64,000 bases of DNA from Chiloscyllium plagiosum (GCF_004010195.1 NC_057719.1:16635532-16699531), one strand, 5' to 3'. Shown: positions 1-12,469, numbered from the stretch's first letter. The notes: a model not told the origin generated them from the letters alone. A program made the numbers and translations.

Positions 1-49
1 TTTAGCTGATCAGCCCATTGCCGGTGTTGTGCTGCACTCAGGTCAGACC

Positions 50-606
50 ACAGCTGGAATACTGTGAACTGTTCTGGGCCCCTGTATCTTAGCAAAGATA
101 TACTGACATTGGAGTCAGTCCAGAGAATGTTCACAAGGCTGATACCAAGAAGAGAGGAGAGGATAAGTGAGTGGTACGAATAGAACTCGGAGTGTTGAAG
201 AATGAGAGGTGACCTTATTGAAACATAGAGGTTACTTAGGGAACAATAAAACAAAGGATGACAGATGCTGAAGATCTGAAACAAAACCAGAACTTACCAG
301 AGAAACTCAGCAGGTCTGGCAGCATCTGTGGAGAGAAAACAGTGTTAACACTTCAACTCCAGTGACTTTCTTCAGAACTCAGATTTTTAGGGGACTTGAC
401 AGGGTAGATGTGGAAAAGTTGCCTCTATTTGTGGGTGGGTTCCATAACCAGAGAGCATAATCTCAGATTGAGGGATCACCCATCTAAGACAGACCTGAGG
501 AGGAACTTCCTCTTCTCAGGAGGTAGTGAATCTGGAATTATATAACTCAGAGGGCTGTTGAGGCTGGGTTATTAAATCGATTTAGTACTGAGATAGGCAA
601 ATTTTT
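50..606 (+). mobile_element. Old CR1 LINE 3' fragment interrupted by a PLE terminal fragment (~248-378)
   Basis: Degenerate CR1 ORF2 C-terminal motifs (ctggaatactgtgaactgttctgg, gaatgagaggtgaccttattgaaaca). Confidence 0.65.
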
Positions 607-653
607 ATTTTGGGGATCTCTGGGACACCCACACCAACCAACCCCACTGTCCG

Positions 654-1227
654 ATGGCTGTACAGGACATTTGTTAGGCCACTTTTGGAATATTGTGTGC
701 AATTCTGGTCTCCTTCCAATCAGCAGGATGTTGTGGAACTTGAAAGAGTTCAGAAAAGATATACAAGGATGTTGCCAGGGTTGGAGGATTTGAGCTATGA
801 GGAGAGGCTGAATATGCTGGGGCTGTTTTCCCTGGAGCGTCGGACTGAGGGTGACCTTACAGAGGTTTACAAAATTATGAGGGACATGGATAAGATAAAT
901 AGACAAAGTCTTTTCCCAGAGGTTGGAGAGTCCAGAATTAGAGGGCATAGGTTTGGGGTGAGAGGGGAAAGATATAAAAGAGACCTAAGTGGCAAATTTT
1001 CATGCAGAGGGTGTATGTGTGTGGAATGAGCTGCCAAAGGAAGTGGTGGAGACTAGTACAATTGCAACATTTAAGAGGCATCTTGATAAGTATATGAATA
1101 GGAAGGGTTTGCAGGGATATGGGCTGGGTGCTGGCAAGGGACTAGATTGATTTGGGATATCTGGTTGGCATGAACGAGTTGGACCAAAGGGTCTGTTTCC
1201 ATGCTGTATATCTCTATGATTCTATGA
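654..1227 (+). mobile_element. CR1 (HER1-like) LINE, 5'-truncated
   Basis: ORF 610-1029 (LYRTFVRPLLEYCVQFWSP...LERVQKR...LFSLE) is the CR1 ORF2 C-terminus; 3' tail ends in (ctatga) repeats. Confidence 0.9.
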
Positions 1228-1231
1228 CCGT

Positions 1232-1722
1232 ATGAACTCCCCCTCCCACTCTGCCAAAGACATGCTGGTCCTGGGCCTCCTTCAGCAAACCCTAACCACC
1301 CAACGCCTGGAGGAAGAGCGCCTCATATTCCGCCTTGGGATGCTGCAACCACACAGGATCAATGTCGATTTCACCAGTTTCCTCATTTCCCCTTCACCCA
1401 TATTATCCCAGTCCCAAGCCGCCATTTCGGCACTGCCCTCTTGACCTGTCCATCACCTTTCCCATCTATCCGCTCCACCCTCCTCTCTGATCTATCACCT
1501 TCTTCCCCCACCTTCATCTATCTATGGCATTCTCAGCTACCTTCCCCCAATCCTACCCCCCTTCCATTTATCTCCCAGCCCCCAGCCCATGAGCCTCATT
1601 CCTGTTGAAGGGCTTGTGCACAAAACATCGATTCTCCTTCTCCTCGGATGCTGCCTGACCCGCCGTGCTTTTGCAGCACCACACTCTTGACTCTGATCTC
1701 CAGCATCTGCAGTCCTCACTTT
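1232..1722 (+). mobile_element. Penelope-like element family A, 3' fragment
   Basis: NSPSHS...RLEEERLIFRLGMLQPH.INVDF (end of the GIY-YIG domain), then the family A terminal repeat. Confidence 0.85.
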
Positions 1723-2004
1723 TGGTATTGGATGGTGAACAGTCGTGCATGAAACAATACCACTCAGGAGAGAAATTGGTGGAATGGGCAGAAAGGGGTG
1801 GAATTTGGCAAAATAACCCTTTTCTTCTGACCTTTGGTGCCAAAACTTTGTCAGTAATGGGGGAGCTTTGACTTTTGCCTCACTTTTGAATCTCAATTTC
1901 TTGCCATTTGGTTGTGTGTTGCTGCTGAAATCACCATTCATGTTTTTAACCAGTGTTCTGGTTTGGTCGGGGTGGTGGGTAACTATTTTATGCGTAAAGA
2001 TCAG

Positions 2005-2410
2005 TCAGAGATTGGACTTGTATCCATTGGAGTTCAGAAAAATGAGGGTTATCTTATTGAAACATAAAATTCTAAATAGACTTGGTAGGGTGGATGCTGA
2101 AAAGAGCTTCACCTTGTGGGAGACACAAGAAATAGCCACACAACTTAAAAATGCAGGGTCATCCATTTAAGACTGACATGATGAGAAACCTCTTCTCTGA
2201 GAGGTTGAGTGTCTTTGGAACTCTCATCCACAGAAAGTGGTGGAAGAAGATTCAGTGAATATTTTCAAGGTAGTCATAGATGGATTTTTGAATCTGTATT
2301 CATTTGAGTAGGGATTTGGCGTCAATCCCATAGTCCGATCAGCCATGATTTTATTGATTGTTAGCGCAGACTAGAGGAGCTGAATGACCTACTTCTGATC
2401 CTAAGTCTCA
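2005..2410 (+). mobile_element. Old CR1 3' fragment
   Basis: Degenerate 'LGLYPLEFRKMRxxLIET.KIL' segment and CR1-type 3' UTR. Confidence 0.6.
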
Positions 2411-2514
2411 TGTTTTTATTTGTAGGTTCATTACCTCTAAACTTGGTTATTCCTGTGTGTTCCAGAATAACTTCCCACTCTTAATAAACTTGAACACAAA
2501 ATCCTGCAGCCATC

Positions 2515-2610
2515 TCCTGATGAAGAGTTTATGCTCGAAACGTTGACTCTCCTGCTCCTCGGATGCTGCCCGGCCGGCTGTGCTTTTCTGGCGCCACACT
2601 TTTTAACTCT
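2515..2610 (+). mobile_element. PLE family A terminal fragment
   Basis: ctgatgaagagtttatgctcgaaacg...ggatgctgcc matches the family A terminus. Confidence 0.75.
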
Positions 2611-2790
2611 TGCTTCAAGTTCAGTTTACCCTTATTGCTGACCTGCATTGGTCTGGTAATCCCTCAACTCTAAATTGCTTTCTAAGTCCCTCAATGGCCT
2701 TGCTCCTCTTTATTTCTGGAATTGGCCCAAGACCCCAACATATGTCCTCCTGTCCAGTTTTGGCCCCCACTAGGCACTCCCAATTTTTTA

Positions 2791-3265
2791 AGATTTGGAG
2801 GTGCCGGTGTTGGATTGGGGGTGTACAAAGTTAAAAATCACACAACACCGGTTTTAGTCCAACAGGTTTAATTGGAAGCACACTAGCTTTCGGAACACCG
2901 CCCCTTCATCAGGTGGTTTTCCGATGAGCCACCTGATGAAGGAGCGACGTTCCGAAAGCTACTGTGCTTCCAATTAAACCTGTTGGACTATAACCTGGTG
3001 TTGTCATTTCCAATTTTTTAATGCCACCTCCATTGGTGGCTGTTAATGATGAAGGTAGTCATAATTTGGATATGCCGGTGTTGGACTGGGGTGTACAAGG
3101 TTAACAATCACACAACACCAAATTATAGTCCAACAGGTTTTATTGGAAGCACTAGCTTTCGGAGCGCCGTTCCTTCATCAGGCAACCATTTGATGAAGGA
3201 GTGGTGCTCCGAAAGCTAGTGCTTCCAATTAAACCTGTTGGACTATAACCTGGTGTTGTGTGATT
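2791..3265. mobile_element. Two tandem palindromic PLE family D mini-elements inside an L2-like remnant
   Basis: Each ~210-bp unit is an inverted repeat (cacaacacc...ccaacaggttt...ttcatcagg / ctgatgaagg...aaacctgttgg...ggtgttgt). The same terminus ends the element at 46013-46398. Confidence 0.8.
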
Positions 3266-4539
3266 TCCAATTTTTTAATGCCACCTCCATTGGTGGCTGT
3301 TACTTCATCTGATAAGCTCTGAAGCTCAAGAATTTCCTCCCTGCCTCACTTTACCTTGTCTGTCATTCTCTCGAACTCTCCTTAAAAACTAAACTTATAT
3401 TCATCTTCCCTCAAGCTTGTAATGTTTATGTGGTCCACACGTTCTTGTTGTGTACTTTTGGGATGTTTAAAGGCTCTGTATGAGTACAGGTTGTTGCATG
3501 TTCACATTGTGTGCACAAGAAAAGGTAGGTCTCTTCCATAAAATCCAAGCTCTTGATCAGCAGGAGCAGCTGTTGCATTACCAACCCTAGTCCACCCCTT
3601 CTCCCCAATCAACTCCACATACCAGGAAACCGACCAACCAATGGGCATGCTAATGGAAATTGCCAAACGTTTTGTTTTTAGACAGAGTGTGAAGGATACG
3701 GATGTGGCCCATATTTATTGCCCTTTAAGACCATAAGAAATAGGAGCAGGAGTAGATCATTTGTCTCTTCAAGCACTCTGTGCCAATCAATAGTATTGTA
3801 TCTGATCCGATATTCCTCACATCCACTTTTATAAATGACTCTCACAGCAATAAGAATGATCCGCATAGTGTCTGAGTCACATCACAGTGGTAAATTCACT
3901 TGACCAAAAGACATCAGTAAACCAGGTGACGTTTTACTACAATCTAACTGGTTTCATGGTTATTTTATCTGATAGTAGCTTTCAAATTCCCTTATTTCCC
4001 TTGACTTTTCATCACCTCTTAATTGTGAGTTCAATACCAAAAGTAGTAGTATTTTGGACCATACCATACACTCTGAAAGGTGGAACTATGCCTTGTCACT
4101 TTTATTAAATGTTTGACCAGTCAACTTGAACCAAACTAGATGCTTTATTTTCTGAATCAGCTTAATTTACTTCATTGTAATTTATTTTTAAAACATTACA
4201 TCTTTGGGTTTTTGTCAAAATGATGACCTCAGTGTTGGCTGCCAACAATATTTAGAGTTACAAAGCCTTTGTGATCTCTTGTATCCTGTTCTCAGTTGAA
4301 GACAGATGATCAAAACTCACTACCAGTTAGTACTGTCCAGAAAGATATTCCAGCCTTAAACGTCACTTTCTGACAGAGGGTTCAATAGATGTTGCCATGA
4401 CAAACATCTCCTATTACATTTTTAATAAGTTGTGTTACCAGAGTGTGAAACTTAGAGAATGGGTGGCACTCATCGCTGTATCTGCCAGGGCCGTACTTTA
4501 GGAGTTGTCAGTTTTTGCTTTGAAAGGCTCTATACCTGC

Positions 4540-4791
4540 CCCTCCCCCTAGTCCCTCCTCCCTACCTTTTGTCTTAGCCTGCTGGAGTCTCACCTATCAC
4601 CCTCACCTTGACCTTTTTCCACCTATCACATTTCCGACGCCCCTCCCCCTAGTCCCTCCTCCCTACCTTTTATCTTAGCCTGCTGGACAAACTTTCCCCA
4701 TTCCTGAAGAAGGGCTTATGCCCGAAACGTCGATTCTCCTGTTCCCTGGATGCTGCCTGACCTGCTGCGCTTTTCCAGCAACACATTTCCA
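4540..4791 (+). mobile_element. PLE family A terminal fragment with 13-bp TSD
   Basis: TSD gctctatacctgc at 4527-4539 and 4792-4804; internal duplication of the C-rich segment; intact hammerhead motif. Confidence 0.85.
4700..4735 (+). ncRNA. Minimal hammerhead ribozyme motif (PLE family A)
   Basis: attc-CTGAAGA-a-GGGC ttat GCCC-GAAAC-GTC-gatt: conserved core, 4-bp stem II, palindromic ACGT stem III, GUC cleavage triplet. Confidence 0.75.
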
Positions 4792-6285
4792 GCTCTATAC
4801 CTGCTTATCAAGGCATTGATGTTCAACGTAAGGAATGGTAAGAATGCTGGCAGCCCTTCAATAAGCAGTAAAACCGGTTTTGCAAACCAGACCATTAACT
4901 TTTCTGAGTCTTTACTGTTTCACTGTAATTTTGGTGTATTTCCCCAGAAAGCAGCTGCTGAAAATATTGTTTAAAATTCTCCCCAAGAGAAAAAGTGACA
5001 ATTACACTCAGCCCCACACCCACGTGTGACTGCCACTTCCTAAAATGCAATTAAACCTCTTTACTCAAGAGACTGCGGAGTTGGCTGTCACAACAAGTAA
5101 TTGAGGCAAAAATAGCTTAGGTGCTTGGAAAAATAAACTCTGACACGCATTGAGAGGAAATATGGATGTATGGAAGGGCTAAGATGAGAAAAGGTGGAAT
5201 AGAAAGAGAATCATGTGGAATTTAGTCAGTAGCATGGACCAATTGAAATGAATGGTCTGTTTCTGTGCTCACAGAACTATCCAACTCTTAAATGTTGTGA
5301 TTCACACTGAAAGGCAATCAGATTTCAGAGCGTTTGTCAAAAGCACCATGTTCAATCTAACATGTCTCTGCTCGTGTTTATGTTACACCCAAGTCCCCAC
5401 CTACTTCATCAAGTCCTATCTACTTACCTTTCTAATATTTGTCAACAACTGAGAACTGATGCAACAGGGCGTAACTGAGGATTTGGTTCATAATCAGCTT
5501 GCCATTGTAGGTAGGAGGATTGGGATTGCAGTTTTCTTTATCCTTCGCCACAAGCCCATAATAATACATTTATCCCAAAAGACAGTCATGTCCTCCTTCA
5601 CCTCAGTGTAACTATTTGTTATTTCTTAAGTGATTCAAGATTTTGTCTCTATTTTGACGTCAAGCAATCAACTTGGTCATTGAAATCTTTGGAAAAACAA
5701 ACTTTGATATGTCAGTTTTAAATTTTCCATCTTACTTGGTTGAGCCTAAGTAATCTTAACCTTCTTTGAGATTTTAGTTGGAAGTAGGGGTTATGATCTA
5801 CATTCATACACATTTATTATTTAAAGATGCTGTACTAAAACCCGTATAAGTTTGCTGTAGCATAGAAAGAGGACATTCAGCCTCTCAAGTCTACACAAGC
5901 TCTCTATAGGGTAATCAGATAAAGTAAGACTTTGCCTTTCAAGTCTGATTCGGCTTTACTCGTGCCCCTGCACTTAAACCACTGAGTCACACTTGAATAT
6001 TTCCTGCTTGTGTTGGTGATTAGCTTGTGCCCGAGGGCAACTCCAAGTATTGTCATCCCTCAACCTGTGGCCATGCCTTCTAGATGCTAAACTCTGGAAC
6101 TCCCTGCCTAACCCATTGCACCCTTCTCTCGCTTCCTTTTAAGATAGCCCTGACAGCCTATTTTAGTGTGCTGTATTGTAGCCAGAAATAGGTGGCCTCT
6201 GGCACCAATGTTAATTTGTAGAGGAATTGTGACAATGTTAATGGTATGGAATTGCAGGCAGGCGTGTTATGAATTATTGCTGTAA

Positions 6286-6412
6286 TAGAGATGTACAGCA
6301 TGGAAACAGATCCTTTGGTCCAACCCGTCCATGCTGACCAGATATCCCAACCCAATCTAGTCCCACCTGCCAGCACCCGGCCCATATCCCTCCAAACCCT
6401 TCCTATTCTTAT
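6286..6412 (-). mobile_element. CR1 3' tail
   Basis: Reverse complement of the CR1 3' UTR seen at 1095-1227. Confidence 0.8.
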
Positions 6413-7579
6413 ACCTGTTGGCAGTTTTATCTGTTTCTTCAAGAACCCAACTCTGCACAAATGGGACTTCTTGGCCTGTGCTTAGCCTATCCTGCTCATT
6501 TGAAGCAACAATTGATGTTCAAACTTCGATGTAAACATTAGTGCCACCTCGACACATCACCTGTATTTCTCGTGGCTCCCCCACAAAATATCGAGGTATT
6601 TCAGGAGTCCTGCCACAAATATTGTCAGACTCTTAGGTAATATTCTGGAAACATTGCCACATCCTTTGGCACCTTGTAAGCGTAAAGATAGCATTGGACT
6701 TTTGGAAGGGAATATTCCTGTGGGCAATTGCAGACATTCATTGGGGTGGGGTGTGGGAGGAGAAGGCATAATGGAACCTGCAAACATTCGCACTCTAGGA
6801 ACAGCCCCTTGCAAACTTTGACAGACCATCTTTAAGACAGGGACGTGGATATGGGGTTGGGTTGCAGGCTAAGTAACAGGCCTTCAAATGCTTTAATTTC
6901 TGAAAGACTGTGTCAGATGCTGAGGGAGTTTTGTTCTTATTACAAAAAAGAATATTCTTAGTAGACATCAAAAAACTAAAATCCTGGAGAGTCAGCACAC
7001 ACAGAAATTCACTCAACTCATGCACTGCTAGCACTACAAATTTATTGTCTATGCGGAATATATTCCTGCATAGAAATTCAATTTGTGACGTATCCAGTCC
7101 AGTGACAAAGTCAACAGTTAACGCATGCAATGAGACCCACATGGATCTATCATCACAATGCTACAGCATTTTTTATTTACAAATGTGGTTTATATTAAAA
7201 AAATAACGATTAAATGTTTGAGAAGCAACAGCAGTGAAGAACAATGAGTGTCGATGCTTGGTCTTGGAATCAGAAATTGATTGGAAATTTATTTCTTAAA
7301 CATTATTTGCTTCTGAATCAGAACATTGTATATTCAGTTCCGGCTGTATTGCAGGATTGCTGTGACGTCAGATGCGATGTTATTTTGAGGCCTTCTCAAT
7401 CAGACATCAAAAATCCCATGCTTCAATTTGAAGAAGAAGATAAAACATTCTCCTGACCAATATTTTACTTTCAGTTGTTTATCTCTCATTTGAATTGACA
7501 CAAATGTTTGGGAAGATTTTTCCCTGGTGCATGCTCCATGGCACTTGTCGACCAATCAGCACCGTGTTTCTCAACAGGT

Positions 7580-8245
7580 AGGGGACTGACAACCCAATGG
7601 TTTAATCACTAGACTATTAATCCAGAGATGTAGGTAATGTTCTGGAGGCCCAGGTTTGAATCCTACCATGGCAGATGGTAAACTTTGAATTCAGTATATA
7701 TGGATTAGATTAGATTACTTTACAGTGTGGAAACAGGCCCTTCGGCCCAACAAGTCCACACAGACCCGCCGAAGCACAAACCACCCATACCCCTACATTT
7801 ACCCCTTACCTAACACTACAGACAATTTAGCATGGCCAATTCACCTGACCTGCACATCTTTGGACTGTGGGAGGAAACCGGAGCACCCGGAGGAAACCCA
7901 CGCAGACACGGGGAGAATATGCAAACTCCACACAGACAGTCGCCTGAGGCGGGAATTGAACCCGGGTCTCTGGTGCTGTGAGGCAGTAGTGCTAACCACT
8001 GTGTCACCGTGCCGCCCAATTCTTATCTGGAATTAAGAGTCTAATGATGACCATGACACCATTGTCGATTGTCAGGAAAAACCCATTTGGTTCATGAATG
8101 TCTTTTAGGGCAGGAAACTGCCATCCTTACCTGGTCTGGCCTACACGTGAATCCAGACCCACAGCCATGCAGTTGACATTTAACTGCCCTCTGGGCAATT
8201 AGGGTAATAAATACTGGCCTGGCCAGTGACACCCACATCCCATTA
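7580..8245 (+). mobile_element. tRNA-type SINE (family 2), split by a V-SINE insertion
   Basis: B-box-like ggtttgaatcc, body shared with 10617-11390 and 44170-44560, 3' end aataaa..ctggcc..gccagtgacacccacatccc. Confidence 0.7.
7704..8017 (-). mobile_element. V-SINE (HE1-like)
   Basis: tRNA-like head with A/B boxes (CAGTGGTTAGC, GGTTCAATTCC), V-domain (TGTGGAGTTTGCA...GGGTTTCCTCCGGGTGCTCCGGTTTCCTCCCAC), CR1-like tail, (aatct)n end. Confidence 0.92.
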
Positions 8246-8261
8246 ATAAGTTTTTAACAGG

Positions 8262-8385
8262 TTGATCACATTGCTGTTTATGGGAACTTGCTGTGCCGTC
8301 ATTGGGCATCATGCCTTCCACATTACTGTAGTTCCTGAAACATTTTTAGTATCATGGAAAAGGAGACACATTGTTAAAGCTTCTT
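8262..8385 (+). mobile_element. DeuSINE-like remnant
   Basis: atcacattgctgtttatgggaacttgctgtg resembles the Deu-domain 3' part, also seen inverted at ~57430-57500. Confidence 0.45.
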
Positions 8386-9574
8386 GCATTGCACTCGCCA
8401 GGACAGACATAACAGCTGCAAAATTTGAAGGGAACAATGATTGATATTGCTTGAGAAACAGAGTGCTAATTGGTTGACACGTAGATTCTGGTTTCCATGG
8501 AGCATGCACCAAGGGAAAAATTTTTAAAAATGGCAAATTGACTCTGGTCAAGAAGTACCATGGGGAATACACCTACTGTTGTTCCCTTTGACATTTGATA
8601 TTCTTACATTAGTCCTGTTTAGTGCAAGATAAAAAGCTTTGTTTTTTGCAGCAAATTCGCAGGGCATCCTGCGAGTTTGAAAGATACTCTTTAAATCTTC
8701 CTTCTGTTTGTGTCCTGTTATATAAATTAAACAACTTTAATACAGTCATCTCTTGATAACTCAGGGTTTTTTTTCCGTGCCAAAAAAGAGACTATATATT
8801 TTAAAATAAGCAAGGGAAGTAAAACACCAAATAAAGGATTTGCTGCTGAGAAATTTAAATTATCAATTTGAATTTAGGGACTGGATTATGAAAAACAGGG
8901 CTGCAATTTAGCCCTTAATTGTGGTGCATGAATACTTGTTGATTTTTAATAGGAACCTGCTGCAACCCAATCTGTTGTTGCAAATGTTTCTCTGCATCTT
9001 GCTCTCTTCAGAACCCCTCAAGCTAAGCATCATTTCAGATTCTAATGTCTTTTAAGCTTCTGACAACCCCTTCTGCTTCAGGTCATCTCTTATTCTTTCA
9101 TGTTTTAATAAAAATATTGTATTGTCTGTGCTGTTGCTGTGAAGGAATGTAACTTTGGGAACGGAGTCATGTCCTCCTAAGCTCAGTCTATCTCACTGAC
9201 TGCTCCTTTTGCCAGCCTGGCATTGTGCCGTCAGCTTGGGTCAGGATGACATGAGCCGATTACAATGTCTGTGTGTGTGTAGCAGACAGCTGCTCATCTA
9301 CTTCATGCACTGGGAGGCAACAGGCAAAAGGTTCCCCAACCTTTACACTGAAAGTTCAAGTTGTATCACGTAATTGGAAGTTGACAACAAAATCTTTATG
9401 CCAGCCCTCCTGCAGAGCACCGATCCAGTCCCTTCTCTTGTTTCTGTCAAAAGTGAGAGTAAATTCATTCGGTCCATGTGGCATCCAAGAACATAATCCA
9501 GTTTCGTCCTGGGACTAATCTGATCACCCAAACGGAGATGTGTTGTTGTTTTCCCACTGTCTGATCAGAGGTAA

Positions 9575-10526
9575 TCAGACAGTTTGATAAGGTTCCCAAT
9601 GATGGACTAATGGAGAAAGTGAAGTCGCAGGTTGTTCTAGCTAGGTGGATAAAGAACTGGTTGAGCAACAGGTTTACAGACAGTAGTAGTTGAAGGGAGT
9701 TTCTCAAAATGGAGAAAGGTTACCAGTGGTGTTCTACAGGGGTCAGTGTTGGGGCCACTGCTGTTTGTAATATACATAAGTGATCTGGAAGAGGGCACTG
9801 TTGGTATGATCAGCAAGTTTGCAGATAACACGAAGATTGGTGGGGTAGCAGAAAGTATAAGAGACTGTCAGAGAATACAGGAGGATAGAGATAGACTGGT
9901 GAGTTGGGCAGAAAAGAGACAGATGGTTTTCGGGTATTGAGTATAAGAGCTGGCAAGTCATGTTAACATTGTACAAGACATTGGTTCGGCTGCATTTGGA
10001 GTGCTGTGTGTAGTTCTGGTCGCCACATTACCAAAAGGATGTGGACATTTTGGAGAGGGTGCAGAGAATGTTGCCTGGTATGGAAGGTGCTCGCTATGAA
10101 GAGAGGTTGAGTAGTTTAGGTTTATTTTCGTTAGAAAAAGGGAGATTGAAGGGGGACCTGATTGAGGTTTACAAAATCATGAAGGGTATGGACAGGGTGG
10201 ATAGAGACAAGCTTTTTCTTAGGGTGAAGGATTCAATAACGAGAGGTCACACTTTCAAGGTGAGAGGTGAAAATTTTAAGGGGGATACACGTGGAAAATA
10301 CTTCACATAGAGGATGGTGGGCACCTGGAACGTGTTGCCAGCAGAGGTTATAGAGACAGACACGGTAGATTCATTTAAGGTGCATCTGGACAGATGCATG
10401 AGTAGGTGGGGAGCAGAGGGATACAGATGCTTAAGAATTGGGCGACAGGTTTAGACAGTGGATTTGGATCGGCTCAGGCTTGGAGGTCCTAATGGCCTGT
10501 TCCTGGGATGTAAGTGTTCTTTGTTC
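9575..10526 (+). mobile_element. CR1 LINE fragment (second subfamily, internally deleted)
   Basis: GSVLGPLLFVIYI.DL...ISKFADNTKIGG RT motifs plus C-terminus; 3' UTR differs from the main CR1 family. Confidence 0.88.
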
Positions 10527-10889
10527 GATAAATTCAATTTTTGTGCAATGTTTGTCAAATATATTGGAATGGAAATTTTCTCATGGTCAGTAGTGTAAAG
10601 CAAGCAGTATAACCTTGGGGGATGTGATAGTCTAGTGATATTATTAATCTAGAGACCTAGGTAATGTTCTGGGGACCTGGGTTTGACTCTTACCATGGTT
10701 GATGGTGGTGTTTGAATTCACGAAAGCAGAGTCCACAAAACCATTTTTGATTAGTTTTTTTAACAATCTGGTTCAATAATGTCCATTAGGAAAGAAATCT
10801 GCTGTCCTTACCTGGTCTGGCCTACATTGACCCACAGCAATGTTATTGACTTTTAACTACCCTGTGGGTACTTAGGGATTGGCATTAAA

Positions 10890-11222
10890 GATTAGATTAG
10901 ATTAGATTCCCTACAACATGGAAACAGGCCCTTCGGCCAAATTAGTCCACACCGACCCTCCGAAGAGTAACCCACCCAGACCCATTCCCCATATTTACCC
11001 TTGACTAATGCACCTAACTCTATGGGCAATTTAGTATGACCAGTTCACCTAATCTGCACATTTTTGGACTGTGGAAGGAAACCGGAGCACCGGGAGAAAA
11101 CCCATGCAGATATAAGGAGAGCATGCAAATTCCACACCGATAGTCGTCCGAGGCTGGAATTGAACCCAGGTCCTTGGAGTTGTGAGGCAACAGTACTAAC
11201 CACTGAGCCACCGTGCCACCCC
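10890..11222 (-). mobile_element. V-SINE (HE1-like)
   Basis: Same head, V-domain and tail as 7704-8017. Confidence 0.9.
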
Positions 11223-11281
11223 AAAGTAATTAGGGAACTCTAACTTTCTCAGGCCACTGCCTTTACCTCAATTATATGCAT

Positions 11282-11354
11282 CACCTGAACAGGGACTTGA
11301 ACCCTGGACCCTCAGATTAAAAGTCTGATGCTCTACTGACGAAGCTATCTGGGC
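11282..11354 (-). tRNA. tRNA-Lys(UUU) copy, probably a pseudogene
   Basis: Reverse complement GCCCAGATAGCTTCGTCAGTAGAGCATCAGACTTTTAATCTGAGGGTCCAGGGTTCAAGTCCCTGTTCAGGTG (73 nt) matches vertebrate tRNA-Lys3. Anticodon and T arms are intact. About 6 substitutions, mostly CpG-type, break the acceptor stem and the D-loop GG. No oligo-T terminator follows immediately. Confidence 0.85.
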
Positions 11355-11461
11355 CTATTAAGTACTGACATTGCCAGTGATTACCACAATCACTCAAATT
11401 AATACTTAAAAAAAAAACTCACTCTATCCAATTATGCTAATATCAACTGAATTAAATAGCC

Positions 11462-12195
11462 AGGCGAAAGTGAGGACTGCAGATGCTGGAGATTAGAGTC
11501 GAGAGTGTGGTATGGGAAAAGCACAGCAGTTCAGGCAGCATCTGAGGAGCAGAGGAATTGACATTTTGGGGAAAAGTCCTTAATCAGCAATGAGGCTGTG
11601 AGCCGAGGGGGTGGAGAGATAAATGGGAGGGGTGTGGGGTTGGGGGAAACGGTAGCTGAGAGTGCAATAGGTAGATGGAGCTGGGGGTAATGGTGAACCT
11701 GCATGTCCTCGGCAGAGTGGGAGGGGGAGTTGACGTGTTCGGCCACGGGCTGGTGGGGTTTGTTGGTGCACGTGTCCCAGAGCTGTTCTCTGAAGCGCTC
11801 TGCAAGTAGGCGTCCTATACCCCAATGTGGAGGGGACCGCATCAGGGCAACAGATACAGTAAATGACGTGTGGAAGTGCAGGTAAAATTCTGATGAATGT
11901 GGAAGGCTCTTTTGGGGCTTTGGATGGAGGTGAGGGGAGAGGTGTGGGTGCAGGCTTTGCAATTCCTGCGGGTGGCAGGTGCTGGGAGGGGAGGGTGGGT
12001 TGGTGGGGGGCATGGACCTGACAAGGGAATCGCAGAGGGTATTTATGGAAAGCAGATAGGGGTGGGGAAGCAAATATATCTCTGTTGGTGGGGTCTGTTT
12101 GTAGGTGGCGGAAATGGCAGAGGATGATGCGATGTATATGGAAGTTAGTAGGGTGAGAACCGGGGTTGGTGGGGGGGCGGGTTCTGAACTTGTTG
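11462..12195 (-). mobile_element. PLE family A fragment
   Basis: GIY-YIG-type residues (GRLLAERFREQL...VAEHVNSPSHS; RNCKAC.H) plus terminal repeat. Confidence 0.85.
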
Positions 12196-12469
12196 TTTAA
12201 TTACATAACCAGCTCACTGGATAATGGACTGCCCATGCTGCAATGTTTCCTCCCAAGATAACATTTAACTCATTGTGTCTTTAGTCATATTTAAGGCAAT
12301 GAAGATAATTTGGAAATTGTAAGAAAGGAGCAAAACTTTTGAGTAACTGGGTTCTTTTACTTTCAGTTTCTGGTCCTTTTGAGAAGTACCAACTACAAAT
12401 TCTGCACTGAGTTCCTGCATTTAAAGGAATGAAACAAGTGGTAGATTAATATGAGTAAGTTGTTTACAG

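Larger units (their letters stand above)
10617..11390 (+). mobile_element. tRNA-type SINE family 2, interrupted by a V-SINE and the tRNA-Lys copy
   Basis: Body matches 7580-8245; the tail resumes at ~11357 (agtactgacattgccagtga). Confidence 0.65.

Noticed and set aside
2791..3302. CRISPR-like or pre-miRNA reading of the hairpin repeats
   Set aside because: Eukaryotic context with no repeat-spacer periodicity; explained by inverted PLE termini.
7945..8017. tRNA-like A/B boxes as tRNA genes
   Set aside because: They are SINE heads running directly into the V-domain.
7725..8036. Recurrent small ORFs such as MAQWLALLPHS and CGRKPEHPEETH
   Set aside because: Translations of V-SINE sequence.
8605..8645. 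Possible decayed hammerhead (ctgtttagtgcaagataaaaagcttt)
   Set aside because: Core too degenerate to support from this single copy.
12155..12185. G-rich tracts with G-quadruplex potential
   Set aside because: Generic composition of PLE family A sequence; no locus-specific signal.
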